Source of the DNA: Raja brachyura
Taxonomy: Eukaryota
DNA: 64,000 nucleotides
NCBI GenBank assembly: GCA_963514005.1
Contig: OY740809.1
Location: forward strand, 25,854,001-25,918,000
Direction: 5' to 3'
Below the pieces are notes generated by a model, which saw nothing but the letters and a program-made list of their open reading frames with translations, did not search any database and was not told the DNA's origin. Within the stretch, counting starts at the first letter, position 1. The number at the start of each line of letters is the position of its first letter. A program made the translations under genes and the position numbers. This document shows, piece by piece, positions 27,752 through 41,120 of the stretch.

Positions 27752-28015
27752 AGTTTAATTTTAGAGATGGAGCATGGAAACGGGCCCCACCACCCGCCAA
27801 GTCTACTCCAACAATCGGTCACTTAGTTTACACTTAGTTTTATGGTATCCCACTTTCACGTTCACTCCCTGCACACTAGGCAATTTACAGTAACCTACAA
27901 ACCCGCACACCTTTGGCATGTGGGGGGAAACCGGAGCACATGGTCACAGGGAGAACATGCAAACACCACACAGACAGCACACAAGGGCAGGATCAAACCA
28001 AGGTCTCTGGTGCTA
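27752..28015 (-). mobile_element. HE1-like V-SINE (diverged)
   Basis: V-domain and tail motifs. Confidence 0.65.
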
Positions 28016-28114
28016 TGAGATCTTGTTAGTGTTTATAGCAAGATTGTTGTTCTGGGACCATTCGGATTATTGCTCTCACTCCTGTACTCTGACGCTTCAC
28101 TACACTCTGTTCAT

Positions 28115-28565
28115 CCTACAATGGCAGGGTCTCTGTGGTCAATTTAAAGATGGCATTGGAACTGTGTCCAGCTACACAGTCACGGGTATAAAGCAAGTCG
28201 AGCAGGAGACTGAGCACACAACCTTGAAGTGTCCCTGTGGTGATGGTCAGCGAGGAGGAGATGTTGTTGCTTATTCGGACTGACTGATGTCTGCCGATGA
28301 CGAAGTTGCAGAGGGAGGAGCAGAGACCCAGTTCTACAAGTGTGGCAATGAGATTGGAAGAGATGGTGGTGTTGAACGTTGAGCTGTAGCCGATGAACAA
28401 CAGCATGACGCATGAGATCTTGTTTCCCAAGTGGGCAGCAGCAGAGTGGTGAACCAGCGAGATCACTTCCGCTGCTGATTTATTGCAGAAGTAGGAACAT
28501 TAACGTAGGTCCCGGTCATGACTGAGACAGTTGATTTGCATAATAACCGATCTTTTGAAGCACTT
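28115..28565 (-). mobile_element. Decayed Rex1/Babar RT fragment
   Basis: LFIGYSSTFNT...TGTLQGCVLS..LYTRDC. Confidence 0.75.
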
Positions 28566-29629
28566 GAATTACTTCACAGATGTAGGTTGCGTCACATTCT
28601 GAGAAGTTGTAGATGGAATGGAACATTTAAATTAACATTTTTAAAACGCTGTTTTAACACAATGGCTCGACTTTTTTCTGCCTAGTGTACTGCCTTGGGG
28701 AACTCTTGCAATGTTGTCAAGGGTCTGAGATAATTACTCTTTATCTCCAACCTAATGCTCTGCCAATGGCTAGACCAGGAAGTTTGGGCACTAGTTCAGT
28801 CAGGTCTGAGGTCAAGCGTGGCACGTTGGAGCAGGGTATATGTGTACGTGGGAACTGCCTTGGATATTGTATGTTCAGGGAGGCAAAAATCATGAGGAGT
28901 TGACAGTGATGGAGGGGGTGTGGGGAGTGAATTGACTGGATCAGCACCAAAGTATGGGTGCTGGGAGTTGAGAAGCAGGAACAAAATGAATGTGATGAGG
29001 TGGAATTGTGGGGTGAATGTGGTGAAAATAATCATAATAATAATAATAATATCTTTTATTGTCATTACACATAAGTGCAACGAGATTTGGTTTGCAACTT
29101 CGAGATTTCAGTTTGCAACCCCCGAGAACAAGGTTTGTAAAAACGAACATTTGACTAGTAACATCAACACAGACTAAAGTGCGAGGCCGGAAGACAGTCC
29201 ATGGGGGTGGGGGAGATACTCAGCAGGGCTGGTTCACTCTTGGAATGAGCAAAGACATCAACAATTTCTTCACTCATCGGCTACCTTCCTGTTTTGGCAC
29301 CACAAGACAAGGCCAAGTTTTCCTGACAGTGCTTTTCAATTACTTCACTACCTTTCCAGAGCGACTTGAGCTCCCCTACAATGCTCTGAAAGTAGCAGTC
29401 TACATGAATAATGACACCATCTGCATCCCAGAAGCAGTGTTGTGGTGGCAAGTGTAACGGCCAGTGAAATCTGCCCAACCAAACTTCTCAGATGCAGCAA
29501 AATGATTTGGAAATGGTTGCAATATACTTTTTGCTCCGGGTGAAAGTGATTTTCAATTTTAAAGGCTCAAGGAGGAAAACAATATTGTGGCTAGAAATTT
29601 GATTAAAATGGAAGTAAAGTGCAGATTAT

Positions 29630-29850
29630 AGACACAAAATGGTGGATTAACTCAGCGGGACAGGCACCATCTCTGGAGAGAAGAAATGGGTGATGTTTCG
29701 GGTTGAGACCCTTCTTCAGACTGAAGAATGGTCTCAAACCGAAACGTCACCCATCCTTCTCTCCAGAGATGCTGCCTGCACCGCTGAGTTACTCCAGCAT
29801 TTTGTGTTTATCTTCAGTTTAAACAAGCAACTGCAGTTCCTTCCTACACA
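29630..29850. mobile_element. Fold-back Penelope-derived module
   Basis: About 90 bp inverted arms centred on TCTTCAGACTGAAGA; degenerate TSD AAGT(G/A)CAGAT(T/C)A(T/C)A. Confidence 0.8.
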
Positions 29851-30554
29851 TGAAGTACAGATCACAGGCTAATCTCTGGTTTCTTCATGTGTCGCAATGT
29901 TGTGTGGGTTGGTAAGTTAAATGGCATAAAAACTGCAGCTAATGTAATGGGGCAGTTGATAGGACTGTGGGAAGAATAAACAGGGTGAGGCTAAATGGAT
30001 GCTTGAAGCTTGGCGCAGACATTTGGGCAAAAGGCTATTTGACCCCATGCCCCATTTGGCTCCATCCATGGTGTATGACTCCATCACTTAAATTTTATTT
30101 CATGTTCCCAACAGCACTTTCAGATGACTTTTATCCCAATATCCATTTTAACAAATAAAAGCACCTGCATATCAGAAGTTTTCCACAACTTTCCCAGTTT
30201 ACACAACATATACTTTTTTGCGCCACAAATCTACCTGTTCCACCACAGCATCATGCAACAAAGTGTCAATTCACCTGTGCCAGCTGCTTAAAAAGAGCTT
30301 TCCGTTCGTCCCACACCACAGCTACCTCCTCCATAATCTTCCAAATTAATCCTAGCTATTTGCAGGTACAATTGACTTTGACTTTAACAGTTTCAGTGAA
30401 TCTACTTCCACCATCCTTTCAGACAAAGAAATCAGACCTTAACAATCCTTATTTATTGCATGAAAACATTTAATTCTGCCAACTGACCTTTTGTAAATTA
30501 TTTAAAATCTACAACATCCAGTTATCAACCCATTTGTCAGAGGAAATAGTTTAT

Positions 30555-31615
30555 TTCAAGTCGAGTCAAGTCAAGAGAATTTAATGTCATGTGTCCCAGA
30601 TTGGACAATGGAATTCTTGCTTGCTGCAGCACGACAGAATATTTTAGGCATAATTACAGATCAGATCGGATCAGTGTGACCATATACTATAGAATACATA
30701 TATACATACATAAATACCCAGATAAAGTGCAATAGGTTGTTATAGTTCATAGTTTCTTTGAAGTTGTCTTTATAGTTATAGTTCATAGTTTCTTTGAAGT
30801 TGTGGGGAAGAGCTGTTCCTGAACCTGGATATTGCAGATTTCAGGCTCCTGTACCTTCTACCTGATGACAGGTTCTCACAGGTGTGTGGCCAGGATGGTG
30901 TGGGTCCTTGATGATGCTGCCAGCCTTTTTGAGGCAGCACCTCCGATAGATGCCCTCGAAAATGGCAGCCTTTTCCGCTCTTGGACGCTCAGGTTGCCAT
31001 ACCAAGCCACGGTGCAACCGGTCAGCATGCTCTCTGTGCACCTGTAGAAGTTTGAGAGAGTCCCCCTTTACATACCAACTCTCCGTAATCTTCTCAGGAA
31101 GTAGAGGCGCTGATGTGCTTTCTTTATGATTGCATCAGTGTTTTGGGATGAGGAGCGCTCTTCGGAAATATGCACGCCCAGCGATTTGAAGTTCTTGACG
31201 CTTTCCACCATCGACCCATTGACCCATAAATGGGACTGTGGGTCCCTATCCTACCCCTTCCGAAGCCCACAGTCAGTTCCTTGGTTTTGCAGGTGTTGAG
31301 AGCCAGCTTATTGTGCTGGCACCATTTGGTCAATCTCACTTCTGTACTCTGACCCGTCACCATCAGTGATACGTCCTACAACAGTGGTGTTGTTGGCAAA
31401 ATTCAAGATGGAGTTCGCACTATGTCCGGCTACGCAGTCATGGGTATAGAGTGAGTATTGCAGGGGGCTGAGCACACAGCCTTGAGGTGCTCCCGTGCTG
31501 ATTGTTATCGAGGATGACATATTTCCTCCAATACGGACAGTCTGTGGTCTTTGAATGAAGAAGTCAAGGATCCAATTGCAGAAGGATGCACAGAGACCCA
31601 GATCTGAGAGCTTGG
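30555..31615 (-). mobile_element. Decayed Rex1/Babar LINE 3' half
   Basis: [37 protein letters not shown]; (CTTGA)n-like tail. Confidence 0.8.
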
Positions 31616-31714
31616 TTCTTTTCACTGTGCCAAAAGTCCTCATGAAATTTTGAATATTTCTCTAGGTCGCAGATAACTTCCTCTGCCCAAGAAGCACAAC
31701 TTCAAATTATGCAG

Positions 31715-31811
31715 AAGATAGACACAAAATGCTGGAGTAACTCAGTGGGACAAGCAACATCTCTGGGGAGAACGAATGGGTGACGTTTTGGGAAGAGACC
31801 CTTCTTCAGAC
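31715..31811 (-). mobile_element. Solo Penelope-derived short module with 13 bp TSD
   Basis: TCAAATTATGCAG at 31702-31714 and 31812-31824. Confidence 0.85.
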
Positions 31812-32017
31812 TCAAATTATGCAGTCCCTCTGTGGAACTGAACTCTGACAAGATCCTGTAGAAACAAGGAATTGCAGATGTTGTTTTACAAGTCTGAAGA
31901 AGGGTCCTGACCTGACAAGTCACTTATCCATATTTTCCAGAGATGCTATCTGACCTACTGAGTTGCTCCAGCACTTTGTGTCTTTTTCTCCCCCAGTAAG
32001 CTGCCTGCATTCTCTTT

Positions 32018-32208
32018 GAAGATAGACACAAAATGCTGGAGTAATCCAGCGGGACAGGCAGCATCTCTAGAGAGAAGAAATGGGTGACGTTTTGGGTCGA
32101 GACCCTTCTTCAGGATATAGAAGGAATGGATGATGTTTTTCGGGTCGAGACCCTTCTTCAGAAGATAGAAGGAATGGGTGACGTTTCAGGACGAGACCCT
32201 TCTTCAGA
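32018..32208 (-). repeat. Penelope-derived module with three tandem hammerhead-motif units (~47 bp period)
   Basis: Units at ~32073-32113, 32119-32161 and 32167-32207. Confidence 0.8.
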
Positions 32209-33420
32209 ACTAGAGAATGAAAGCATGAATTCTTTATTTTGTATTCAGTGTTCTTGTTCACATAGTCAAGTATCGCACACACTTAAACAGCTTGATCAAT
32301 TTTCCCCTCTGAACTCAAAGGTTTGTCAATGTGAACCCACACGTCCTCCTGTCCTTGCACTGGGACACCTTCACCAGTGCCAGAACCAAAATTGGCTCAC
32401 TTCCAGTTAGCTATTTTCATCATCAAGTTTCCATAGATGTATTTTGTGACTATTTTAAACTTAATTATAACGATCGCTATAAGTGCTAAATCAACTCTAC
32501 CCATCACAAATGAAAGAACAGTAACGTAATTATCAAAGACTCAAACCAATAAACTAAAAAACTATTGGTTACATGTTCCTGCAGCAGGGAATCTTCTTAT
32601 GTTTTATCCTTCAGTGAAATCTAACTTCATCACTGGACTGCACAGCAGAATCCAAGCCAGAGTAGAATTCCTCTACCTGTGGGCGTGCACCAGCACAGTG
32701 TGAGGAGACATAAATGAACCTGGTGCTCGGGGGAAGTCACTGCTTTTCCGAATGTAGTTACCCCAAGACTATTCGGGCTGGATGTTGATTTGGTGCATGC
32801 AGAGCCACAGTGGCCGGGCGCAGTCACACTGTTGCATCTTGTTCACAGAGCTCTGATTCTTTGTTACACTATCAGAATCAAATCTGTGGTTGTGCGTCAT
32901 CATGTTTATTTTCAAGTCACAGACTCAAAAATGTGTATTGTCTAGGCAGAATATAGTGCACCAGTGAGTAATACAGAAACAATCTGCACAAATAGTATAA
33001 TGTAATAAAAATGAACTGCAGATGCAGGTTTATACCAATGCTGGAGTAACTGAGCGGGTCAGGCAGCATCTCTGGAGAAAATGGATAGGTGACGTTTTGG
33101 GTCAGGACTGAAAATCTGATTTTTGCCCGAAGAAAGGTCCTGACCCGAAATGTCACCTGTCCATTTTCTCCAGAGATGCCGTCTCACCCATGGAGTTACT
33201 GCAGCATGTTGCACAAATAGTACAGTTGGTTTAGTTTTAGATGTACCAAAGTACAATGACAAGTTTTGTTTTGCATGCTATCCAATCAGATCAGATAATA
33301 TCATGCATAAATGCACTCAAGCCAAACTCAAATACAATGTATTAGGAAAGGGGAAGATACAGAGTGCAGTATATAGTTCTCAGCATTGTAGTGCATTGCA
33401 CCTACTTCATTAAAGATCTA

Positions 33421-33609
33421 TGTTTAAGAAGGAACTGCAGATGCTGGAAAATCGAAGGCAGACAAAAATGCTGGAGAAACACAGCGGGTGAGGCAGCATC
33501 TATGGAGCGAAGGAAATAGGTGACGTTTTGGGTCGAGACCCTTCTTCAGACTTGACTCAGGTCTGAAGAAGGGTCTCGACCCGATATGTCGCCTATTTCC
33601 TTCGCTCAA
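33421..33609. mobile_element. Fold-back Penelope-derived module with 10 bp TSD
   Basis: TAAAGATCTA at 33411-33420 and 33610-33619. Confidence 0.8.
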
Positions 33610-34674
33610 TAAAGATCTACATTCATTCTTGTGGCAATGTATTAACCATACCACTAGATGGAGCCTACAGCCTTCGAAGTCCAAGGTTAGTTGTGCTGTG
33701 TGTTCACAGCAAAGATACTAGAGGAGGCTCCTCTAGTATCTTTGGTTCACAGTAAGGCTCAAGTGGACACACGAGTGGGCACATATGCACACAGGAAGAA
33801 AGTAGCTGGGCCCAAAGTTCCATCCTACACACAGAGCCAGAGATAGGTGGATCCAAAATTAAATGCCCACACACACACGTACACACTTTAAGTTATCTAA
33901 TCTATACCCATACACAGTATGTAGAAGAAGGATCTCAACCCGAAATGTCACCTGTTCCTTCTCTCCAGGGATGCTGCCTGACCCGCTGAGTTACTCCAGC
34001 ATTTTGTGTCTATCTTCAGTAGAAACAAAGAACTGTAGATGCTGGTTAGTACACAAAAGGGCACATGGTGCTGGAGTAACTCAGCAGGTCAAGTAGCAGA
34101 GAACAGTCTGAAGAAGGGTCCCGACCCAAACATCACCTTTTCATGTTCTCCAGGGATGTTTCTTGACCCACAGAATTACACTTTGTGTCCTTCCCATACA
34201 CATGTCTCTGTATGTACACATGTGCCTGAGGTCAGGTGGCCCCAAGATCAAATGTGCACACACTGTCCCTAAGGTCAAGGTAACCTCACTATTGTTAAAA
34301 TTGCATTGACAAAGATCGAGGAATCACTTTGGATAAGTGCAAATTAAATTTACCAAACTCATCTGTTAAATTCCATTGCTCCCTATTTTTAAATAACTCA
34401 AACCTTCACTTCACCCCACTATTGCACTTTCTAATATATTACCCAAAAGGCTGAGGGATTCTAAACTTTCTCTATTGCCAAACAATTTTTCAGTTGTTGC
34501 CAAGATCTGATTAAATATTTTCAAAGGTCACATTACGTTGCCTGGGAGGAGGGTGTGTTACCAATTACGCAATTTGCAGATTCAAATAATGCCAGTGGCA
34601 TCTGGATAAGATTACAGCAGGAAGTTCACATAACCTCCCTCTGCTGGTGAACAATACAAGTTAAGAGCTCAAGG

Positions 34675-35055
34675 TAGACACAAAAAGCTGGAGTAATTCA
34701 GCAGGTCAAACAGCGTCACTGGAGAAAAGGAATAGGTGACGTTTCTTCAGGCCCAAACCGAAATGTCACCTATTGTTTTTCTCCAGGGATGCTGAATGAC
34801 CATTCTTCAGTCTTTCGGCCCGAAACGTTGCCTATTTCCTTCGCTCCATAGATGCTGCTGCACCCGCTGAGTTTCCCCAGCACTTTTATCTACCTTCGAT
34901 TTTCCAGCATCCGCAGTTCCTTCTTAAATTCTTCAGCCTCAACCTGAAATGTCACCTATTTATTTTCTCCAGATATGCTGTCTGACCCATTGAGTTACTC
35001 CAGCTTTTTGTATCTATCTTCATTTTACACCAGCATCTGCAGTTCCTTCCTACAC
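34675..35055. mobile_element. Cluster of Penelope-derived modules
   Basis: Several partial copies in both orientations. Confidence 0.7.
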
Positions 35056-35304
35056 AACTTAAGAGGTCCCCTTTTTTTCATTGATTCTTAGGACGTGTGT
35101 GTTAGCGGCAATGCCTGGATTTTATTGGACCGGCCTAATTTCCCTTGAACTGTTTGGTCAATTCATGATGCACTTAAGAGTAAACCATATTACTATGAGT
35201 CTAGTATCATATACAAGCCAAACTGGACATTCCCTTCCCTGGCAAAAATAAGTGAATCATGGAGGTTTATGGTATATTAGTTTTTTCATTTCTGATACCA
35301 TTTT

Positions 35305-35590
35305 TGTTTAGTTTAGTTTGAGATACAGCGTGGAAACTGCCCCTCAGCCACTGCAGATCCGCGCTCACTAACACTATCCTACACACCAGCGACAATTTAC
35401 AATTTCTACCAAGCCAATTAGCCTACAAACTTATATGTCTTTGGAGTGTGGGTGGAAACCGGAGCACCCAGAGAAACCCAGGTCATAGGGAGAACGTACA
35501 AACTCTATACAGACAGCAACCATAATCAGGATCGAACCTGGATCTCTGGCGCTGTAAGGCAGCAACTCTACTGCTGCGCCACCACGCCGC
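35305..35590 (-). mobile_element. HE1-like V-SINE
   Basis: Same consensus. Confidence 0.85.
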
Positions 35591-36099
35591 ATATTTTGTG
35601 GGTGATAGATTTTGTGGATATATCCCCAATGTCCTGCTGAATATTTATTCTTCAACTAACAAAAACAAACACATTGTTTGGCTACTAGTAGTCAGTGCAG
35701 TCTTACCATTTGTAACTTGGCTGTCATGCACACAAACCTTAGCAAAGATGAAACTTCCAACATGTTTCTTAGGCTGTAAAGCACTCTAGGACATCCTGTA
35801 CTTCAGTTTCACTAGCTTCTAACTTCTATTTTATTTTAATGAATGAACTCAAATATTGTGGTTGCACTTGAACTATTTTTTCTGTTTATCAGTCAAAGAC
35901 TGCATATGAAAACTATTACTGCCTTATGGTGTAATCTAGCAAGGAAACAATTCTGAACTTTATAACAATTTGAAATTGGGCAAGATGAATCCAGCTCTTT
36001 CAAACGCTAGAGACAGTACAGCAGCAATCCAAATGTCCTCTCCCCAAACTATATCAGATTACCAACTGTATGCTGATAACTTGCTGAAGATGTGCTCCC

Positions 36100-36722
36100 A
36101 AGGTGGTAGTTATGTGGAACAAGCTGCCAGATGAAATAATTGCATATAGACTTAAAAGTCATTTGGACAGGTACATACATGGATAGGAAAGATTAAAGAC
36201 TGAATACAGTCAGTTGGCAGTTACCATGGGTATGTATTGTGGTTAATGTTTAGTCACACTTATAATCTGAGTATAAAATTATGAGAGATATAGATAGGGT
36301 AGACAGTCAAAATGTTTTTCCAATAACTGAAAAATCAAATACTTGAGGGCATAGCTTTAAGGTGAGAGCGGTAAAATTTAAAGTGGACGTGTGTGACAGT
36401 TTTTTTACATGGAGGATGGTGAATGCCTGGGAGGCACTGTCAGTGGTGAGGCAGATACAGTAGTGGCATTTAAGAGACTTTTGGGCAGGTATATGGATAT
36501 ACGAGGGATATGGATTGTGTGCAGACAGGTAGGAGTTTAGTTTAGTTTATTGTCACAAGTACCGAGATACAGTGAAAAGCTTTTGTTGCTTTTGTTGCAT
36601 GCTAACCAGCCAGCGGAAAGACAATACATGATTATACATGAGAATACATGAGTTGGTTTTGGCATCATGTTCATTGTGGGCCAAAGGGCCTGTTCTTGTG
36701 CTGTACTGTTCTATGTTCTATG
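36100..36722 (+). mobile_element. Decayed CR1 3' fragments
   Basis: AGGGCATAGCTTTAAGGTGAGAG...GGGCCAAAGGGCCTGTT...(TTCTATG)n. Confidence 0.65.
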
Positions 36723-38844
36723 AGTTGTAGCGAAGGCCCTAGCCCAGTGGAGGTTGGCTCTACACTGTCCTAGCCTTCCTTATGACACTGTGACTTCATC
36801 ACCAGACCAAACATCATCAGAACTAATTTCAAGTCCCCGATGAAGAATCATTTTCATCTTTGTGTGCCATTTAGTTCATCGACAAGCTCTCCTTGAATAG
36901 ACACAGAGCTGGAGTAACTCAGCGGGTTAGGCAGCATCCCAGGACAAAAATAATAGTTTACGTTTTGGGCCTCCTTAAAGACTGATTAAGTTCAATTTAA
37001 TTGGAATTTGTTTATCTATTATCATAGAAACGGATAATAACCGAGGTAGAGACACGGATAGAGAAGCAAACAAAACCCAAAATGCTGGTAATTTGAAATA
37101 AAATAAAATAAATAGATAATATGTTGAGAATTCTCCATTCTCCACTGAGATACTACTAATACTGCTGAGTCTTTCTAGCTTTTCTGTTTCCTTTGGAAAC
37201 ATTGGTGATTCATTGAATTCATCACTTTAATATTTTTGATTTCAAAATTGTGTTCTGCTTTTTCAATTGATTTAAATGAAATTATCTTTTTAATGGTGGT
37301 TAACATCTACCATACTCCAAATAAGCTTTATTATTAAAGGTACAAATAATGTTTTTAGATGGCGATTTATGATAACCCTGTGGCCCATATCAACTTTTCT
37401 CTAGCTCTTGGGCTCAGCACAGTCCTTCCATAATTCTCTATCAAAGAGTGGTGTTTCTGTAATTAAAAAAATGCATTTTCCTCTGTGACAGTTTATTTGA
37501 CTCGTTTCTCTTCCAAACGCTCTTATTTCATGATGTCAGATGATAAATTAGTCCAGTAAAACCACAATGCAATGATGTGAACTAAAATAAAGTGAAATCA
37601 GATCGAACATTGTCCAAATATCTCTAGCATGTGACAATTGTGCACGAGTTCATACCACACACTATTAGTCATTGAGGCATAACATTAACGTACCATCTTC
37701 AGTCTTTCACAATTTCCATGAGTTACAAGCAAATATTTTCTCACGAAATATAGTCGTTGCATTAACAGAACTTTTTTTTTTTACAATGGGTCATGTATTT
37801 AATCCTAAATGTTAAATTTGTTAATTCTGCATTTCTTTCTACTCTTCTTAATGTACCCCAAAATACATTCAAAACCTAGAAGTTTGGACCACTGCCAATT
37901 GAAAACAAATCCTGCTATTTGATTAAATGAAAGAGTCAAGTCAAGAGTGTTTAACTGTCATATGTGCTGAGCAGAATAATGAAATTCTGACTTGCAGCAG
38001 CATAACTGGGCTGTTAGTCTGACCATTTCTGTTTCAAATCCAATCAATGCTGGACCTCTGGGTAGACCCTTCTGAGGTAGGGAGATCACAGATTCTATAA
38101 TCTCAAAGTGTGGAAATCTCTCAACATCTCAGACCGAATGACCTACCTGCTATTTTGAAATGTGGCCACCAGTTCCACGCCACTTAGCCACGGGAAATAT
38201 CCTTTCTGTCGAACCATTTTTGGAACATTTCAATGAGGTCATCTCACTTTCTTCCAAACTCCAGAGAATGGACATCCACAATTGATGCACTCTCTGTAAA
38301 ACAAGTTTATCCTTTTTTTAATTAAGACCAAAATTGTTCATATTGAATCCAAATGTACTCCCCAAGGCTCCATATAACTGTAATAAGAAAGCTCCACACT
38401 TGTACTCAAATCCCCCTGGTATATTTCAAGGTATATTTTACCTTCTTCATATCCTGCTGTACCAGATTGTTATCTTTCAGGAGGTAATAGGAAGGAACTG
38501 CAAATGCTGTTTTAAACCGGAGATAGACACAAAAAGCTAGAGTAACACAGTGGGCCAGACAACATCTGGAGAAAAGGAATATGTGATGTTGCGGGTCGAG
38601 ACCCAAGAGATGCCGTCTGACCCATTGTGTTATCTTTCAGGGCTGTGTGTACTGTGTCATCCAAGTCCCATTAAACATAACACTTCCCATTTTCCTACCA
38701 TTTAAAAAAAAGTACTCATCTGTCGGCCTGCTCCAGCATAGTGCATGACCTTGCATCTTTCTCCCAGTGTTCTCTCTTCTCAACATAGTTGCTCAGTCAT
38801 TAAGCTTGTCCATATCTCCCTGAACCCTCCTTGAACCACCCTCT

Positions 38845-39115
38845 TTGGGTGGTACAGTGGCGAGGGCAGCGCAGCTGGTAGAGCTGCTGCCTCACAGCGC
38901 CAGAGACCCCGGTTCAATCCTGAGCCTGGGTGCTGTCTGTGTGGAGTTTGCACGTTCTCCCTGTGGCCAGGTGGGTTTCCTCAGCATGCTCCAGTTTCCT
39001 CCCCACATCCCAAAGATGTGTGAGTTTGTAGGTTAATTGGCCTTTGTAAATTGTCCTCAGTGTGCAGCAGGGGATGCATGATAAAGTGAAATAACACAGA
39101 GCTAGTGTGAATGAT
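38845..39115 (+). mobile_element. HE1-like V-SINE
   Basis: Head and V-domain GTGGAGTTTGCACGTTCTCCC. Confidence 0.8.
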
Positions 39116-40980
39116 GTGACAAACTTTGAATTACAACTTTTGCCCCCCCCCCCAACAGCCAAATTATTACTTTGGATTGGGAATAGTAGGGGGCTGAACA
39201 CCTATCCCTGTGATTATCACCCAACCACTACTCCCACCCTCACCTCCACTCCCAGCTATAACCTACCAACTTGAGAAGGACCTATTGTCATCTCAGTACA
39301 CTGGTGTTCAGTATCAATTTGTTCAGTGTGACAAATTCGGGGTCAGACTAAAACACAAGATTCTGCTGGACCATGTTAAATGTAATTGTTCTGAACGCTT
39401 CAAAATTAGCAATCCACAGTCATGTAATGTCATCTATCTGTACAAGGAACTTACTCTGATATTCTGAATACAATGCTAACAGACAAGACAGCTATCTAGT
39501 GCATTACAATCGTAATATGCAGTGTGTGTTGGGCCTATTGTTTGTACATGGGAGAGTCATGTATTGTATAATTGTATTTATTGTAAATGTCAAAATGATG
39601 ACAAATTTTCGGGAGAATATACTGTGATCTAAATCAGCTGTAATATAATTACACATATAATCATGTATTGTCTTTCCCTTGGCCAGTTAGCTCACAACAA
39701 AAGTTTTTCACTGTACTTCGGTACACATGACAATAAACTACACTAAACTAATTGATGCTCTACTTTAAGTGGCATTTGGTGAGACAGCAATGTCAGCGCT
39801 CACCTTCTTAACAACACCTTGTGAATTTAGGGTGACCGAGTATTGTTCCTGAAAATATTAGCTTGGCACCAGAATCAATTTACCCGAGTTTGGCCAGGTC
39901 TCATCAGCCATGTCTGAAGAAGGGTCTCGACCCGAAACGGCGCCCATTCCTTCCCCCCAGAGATGCTGCCTGTCCCGCTGCGTTACTCCAGCTTTTTGTG
40001 TCTATCTCCTGGAAGAAAATTAATGACCTAATAACATTCAAGACAGGAGAGCTCTTCCTACAGGTGCAAGCAGATGACATCTGATCGTGTTGCAGTTCAG
40101 ATAAGGATAAACTCCACCATTCGTGGAATTTGGAAACGTGTTGACAATTTAAAATGCTAAAAAATTTGATACAATAGATATACTTGTTCTTTAAAATATG
40201 CATTGAAATGGTGATACCATTGTAATGTAATGTAGAATATACAACAAATTAAATCAAGCATAATACTCTGTTATCAATGTTTCATTTTATTTTGATCTCT
40301 TAGCGAAGGATCGTAATCTAGAAGCGTATATTTTCAGGAGAATATATTGTGAACTAAGTCAACTGTAATATAATTATATTCAGGAACAGAATGTGTGAAC
40401 AGAAATGTGGAATCACTGCCAGAGATTACCTCTGAAACATTTGGATGAAACAAAGGGATCAGCCTGAATGTTTGCCATTTACTTTGCTTATCTTCTCCCA
40501 AGGTCTACAACTAAAGTATATGTTTTCCCTGTAAAATAATTTCTAGTAAATACAATGTAGCAACTCCCAACCTATCTTTACAGCTGCATCCAATATTTAT
40601 AAATTGCTACATTTGTTTGGTTCTGCTTGTCCAACTTTTGCCTCTTAACAAAGGGCCTATTCACAATGCTATCTTACCTTTATCTATTTTTCTTCATTGT
40701 CTGTCTTAATTAGTCTTCCTCCATTTCTTGTTTTTCAATTATTCCATAGATCTCAGATTTTAACACTCAGTTTTTAAATCAGTGGAACCACTGTTGCTGA
40801 TAGACAGTGGTACAACTTACCCATTGATTTCACACCAGGTAAGGGCAACATAAAAGATTCAAATTTCTGATGTGGAAGAAGGACACAGTTGACACCAAAC
40901 ACAAAATAAACTTGCCCGATTCACCAACGCTACATTGTAACAGATATAAGTCACAGTGTCTCTCATTCAATTAGTTCTTG

Positions 40981-41120
40981 AGGGCCTGTCCCACTGTACG
41001 AGGTAATTCACAAATTCTCCCGAGATTTCCCCCGATTCCAACTCGCAGAATGTTCGTAACGAGTCCATAGGAGGCCCTAGGAGTTTGTGGATGTTTTGTA
41101 GCGTCGCGTTATGCTAACCT
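40981..41120. mobile_element. Harbinger-type MITE, left-end remnant
   Basis: AGGGCCTGTCCCACTGTACGAG terminus like the 49761 element. Confidence 0.6.

Noticed and set aside
32073-32207. CRISPR-like regularly spaced repeats
   Set aside because: Eukaryotic DNA, no unique spacers and no cas genes; these are tandem Penelope module units
32630-32880. GC-richer unique segment that might be an exon
   Set aside because: No convincing splice pair or recognisable protein in any frame examined
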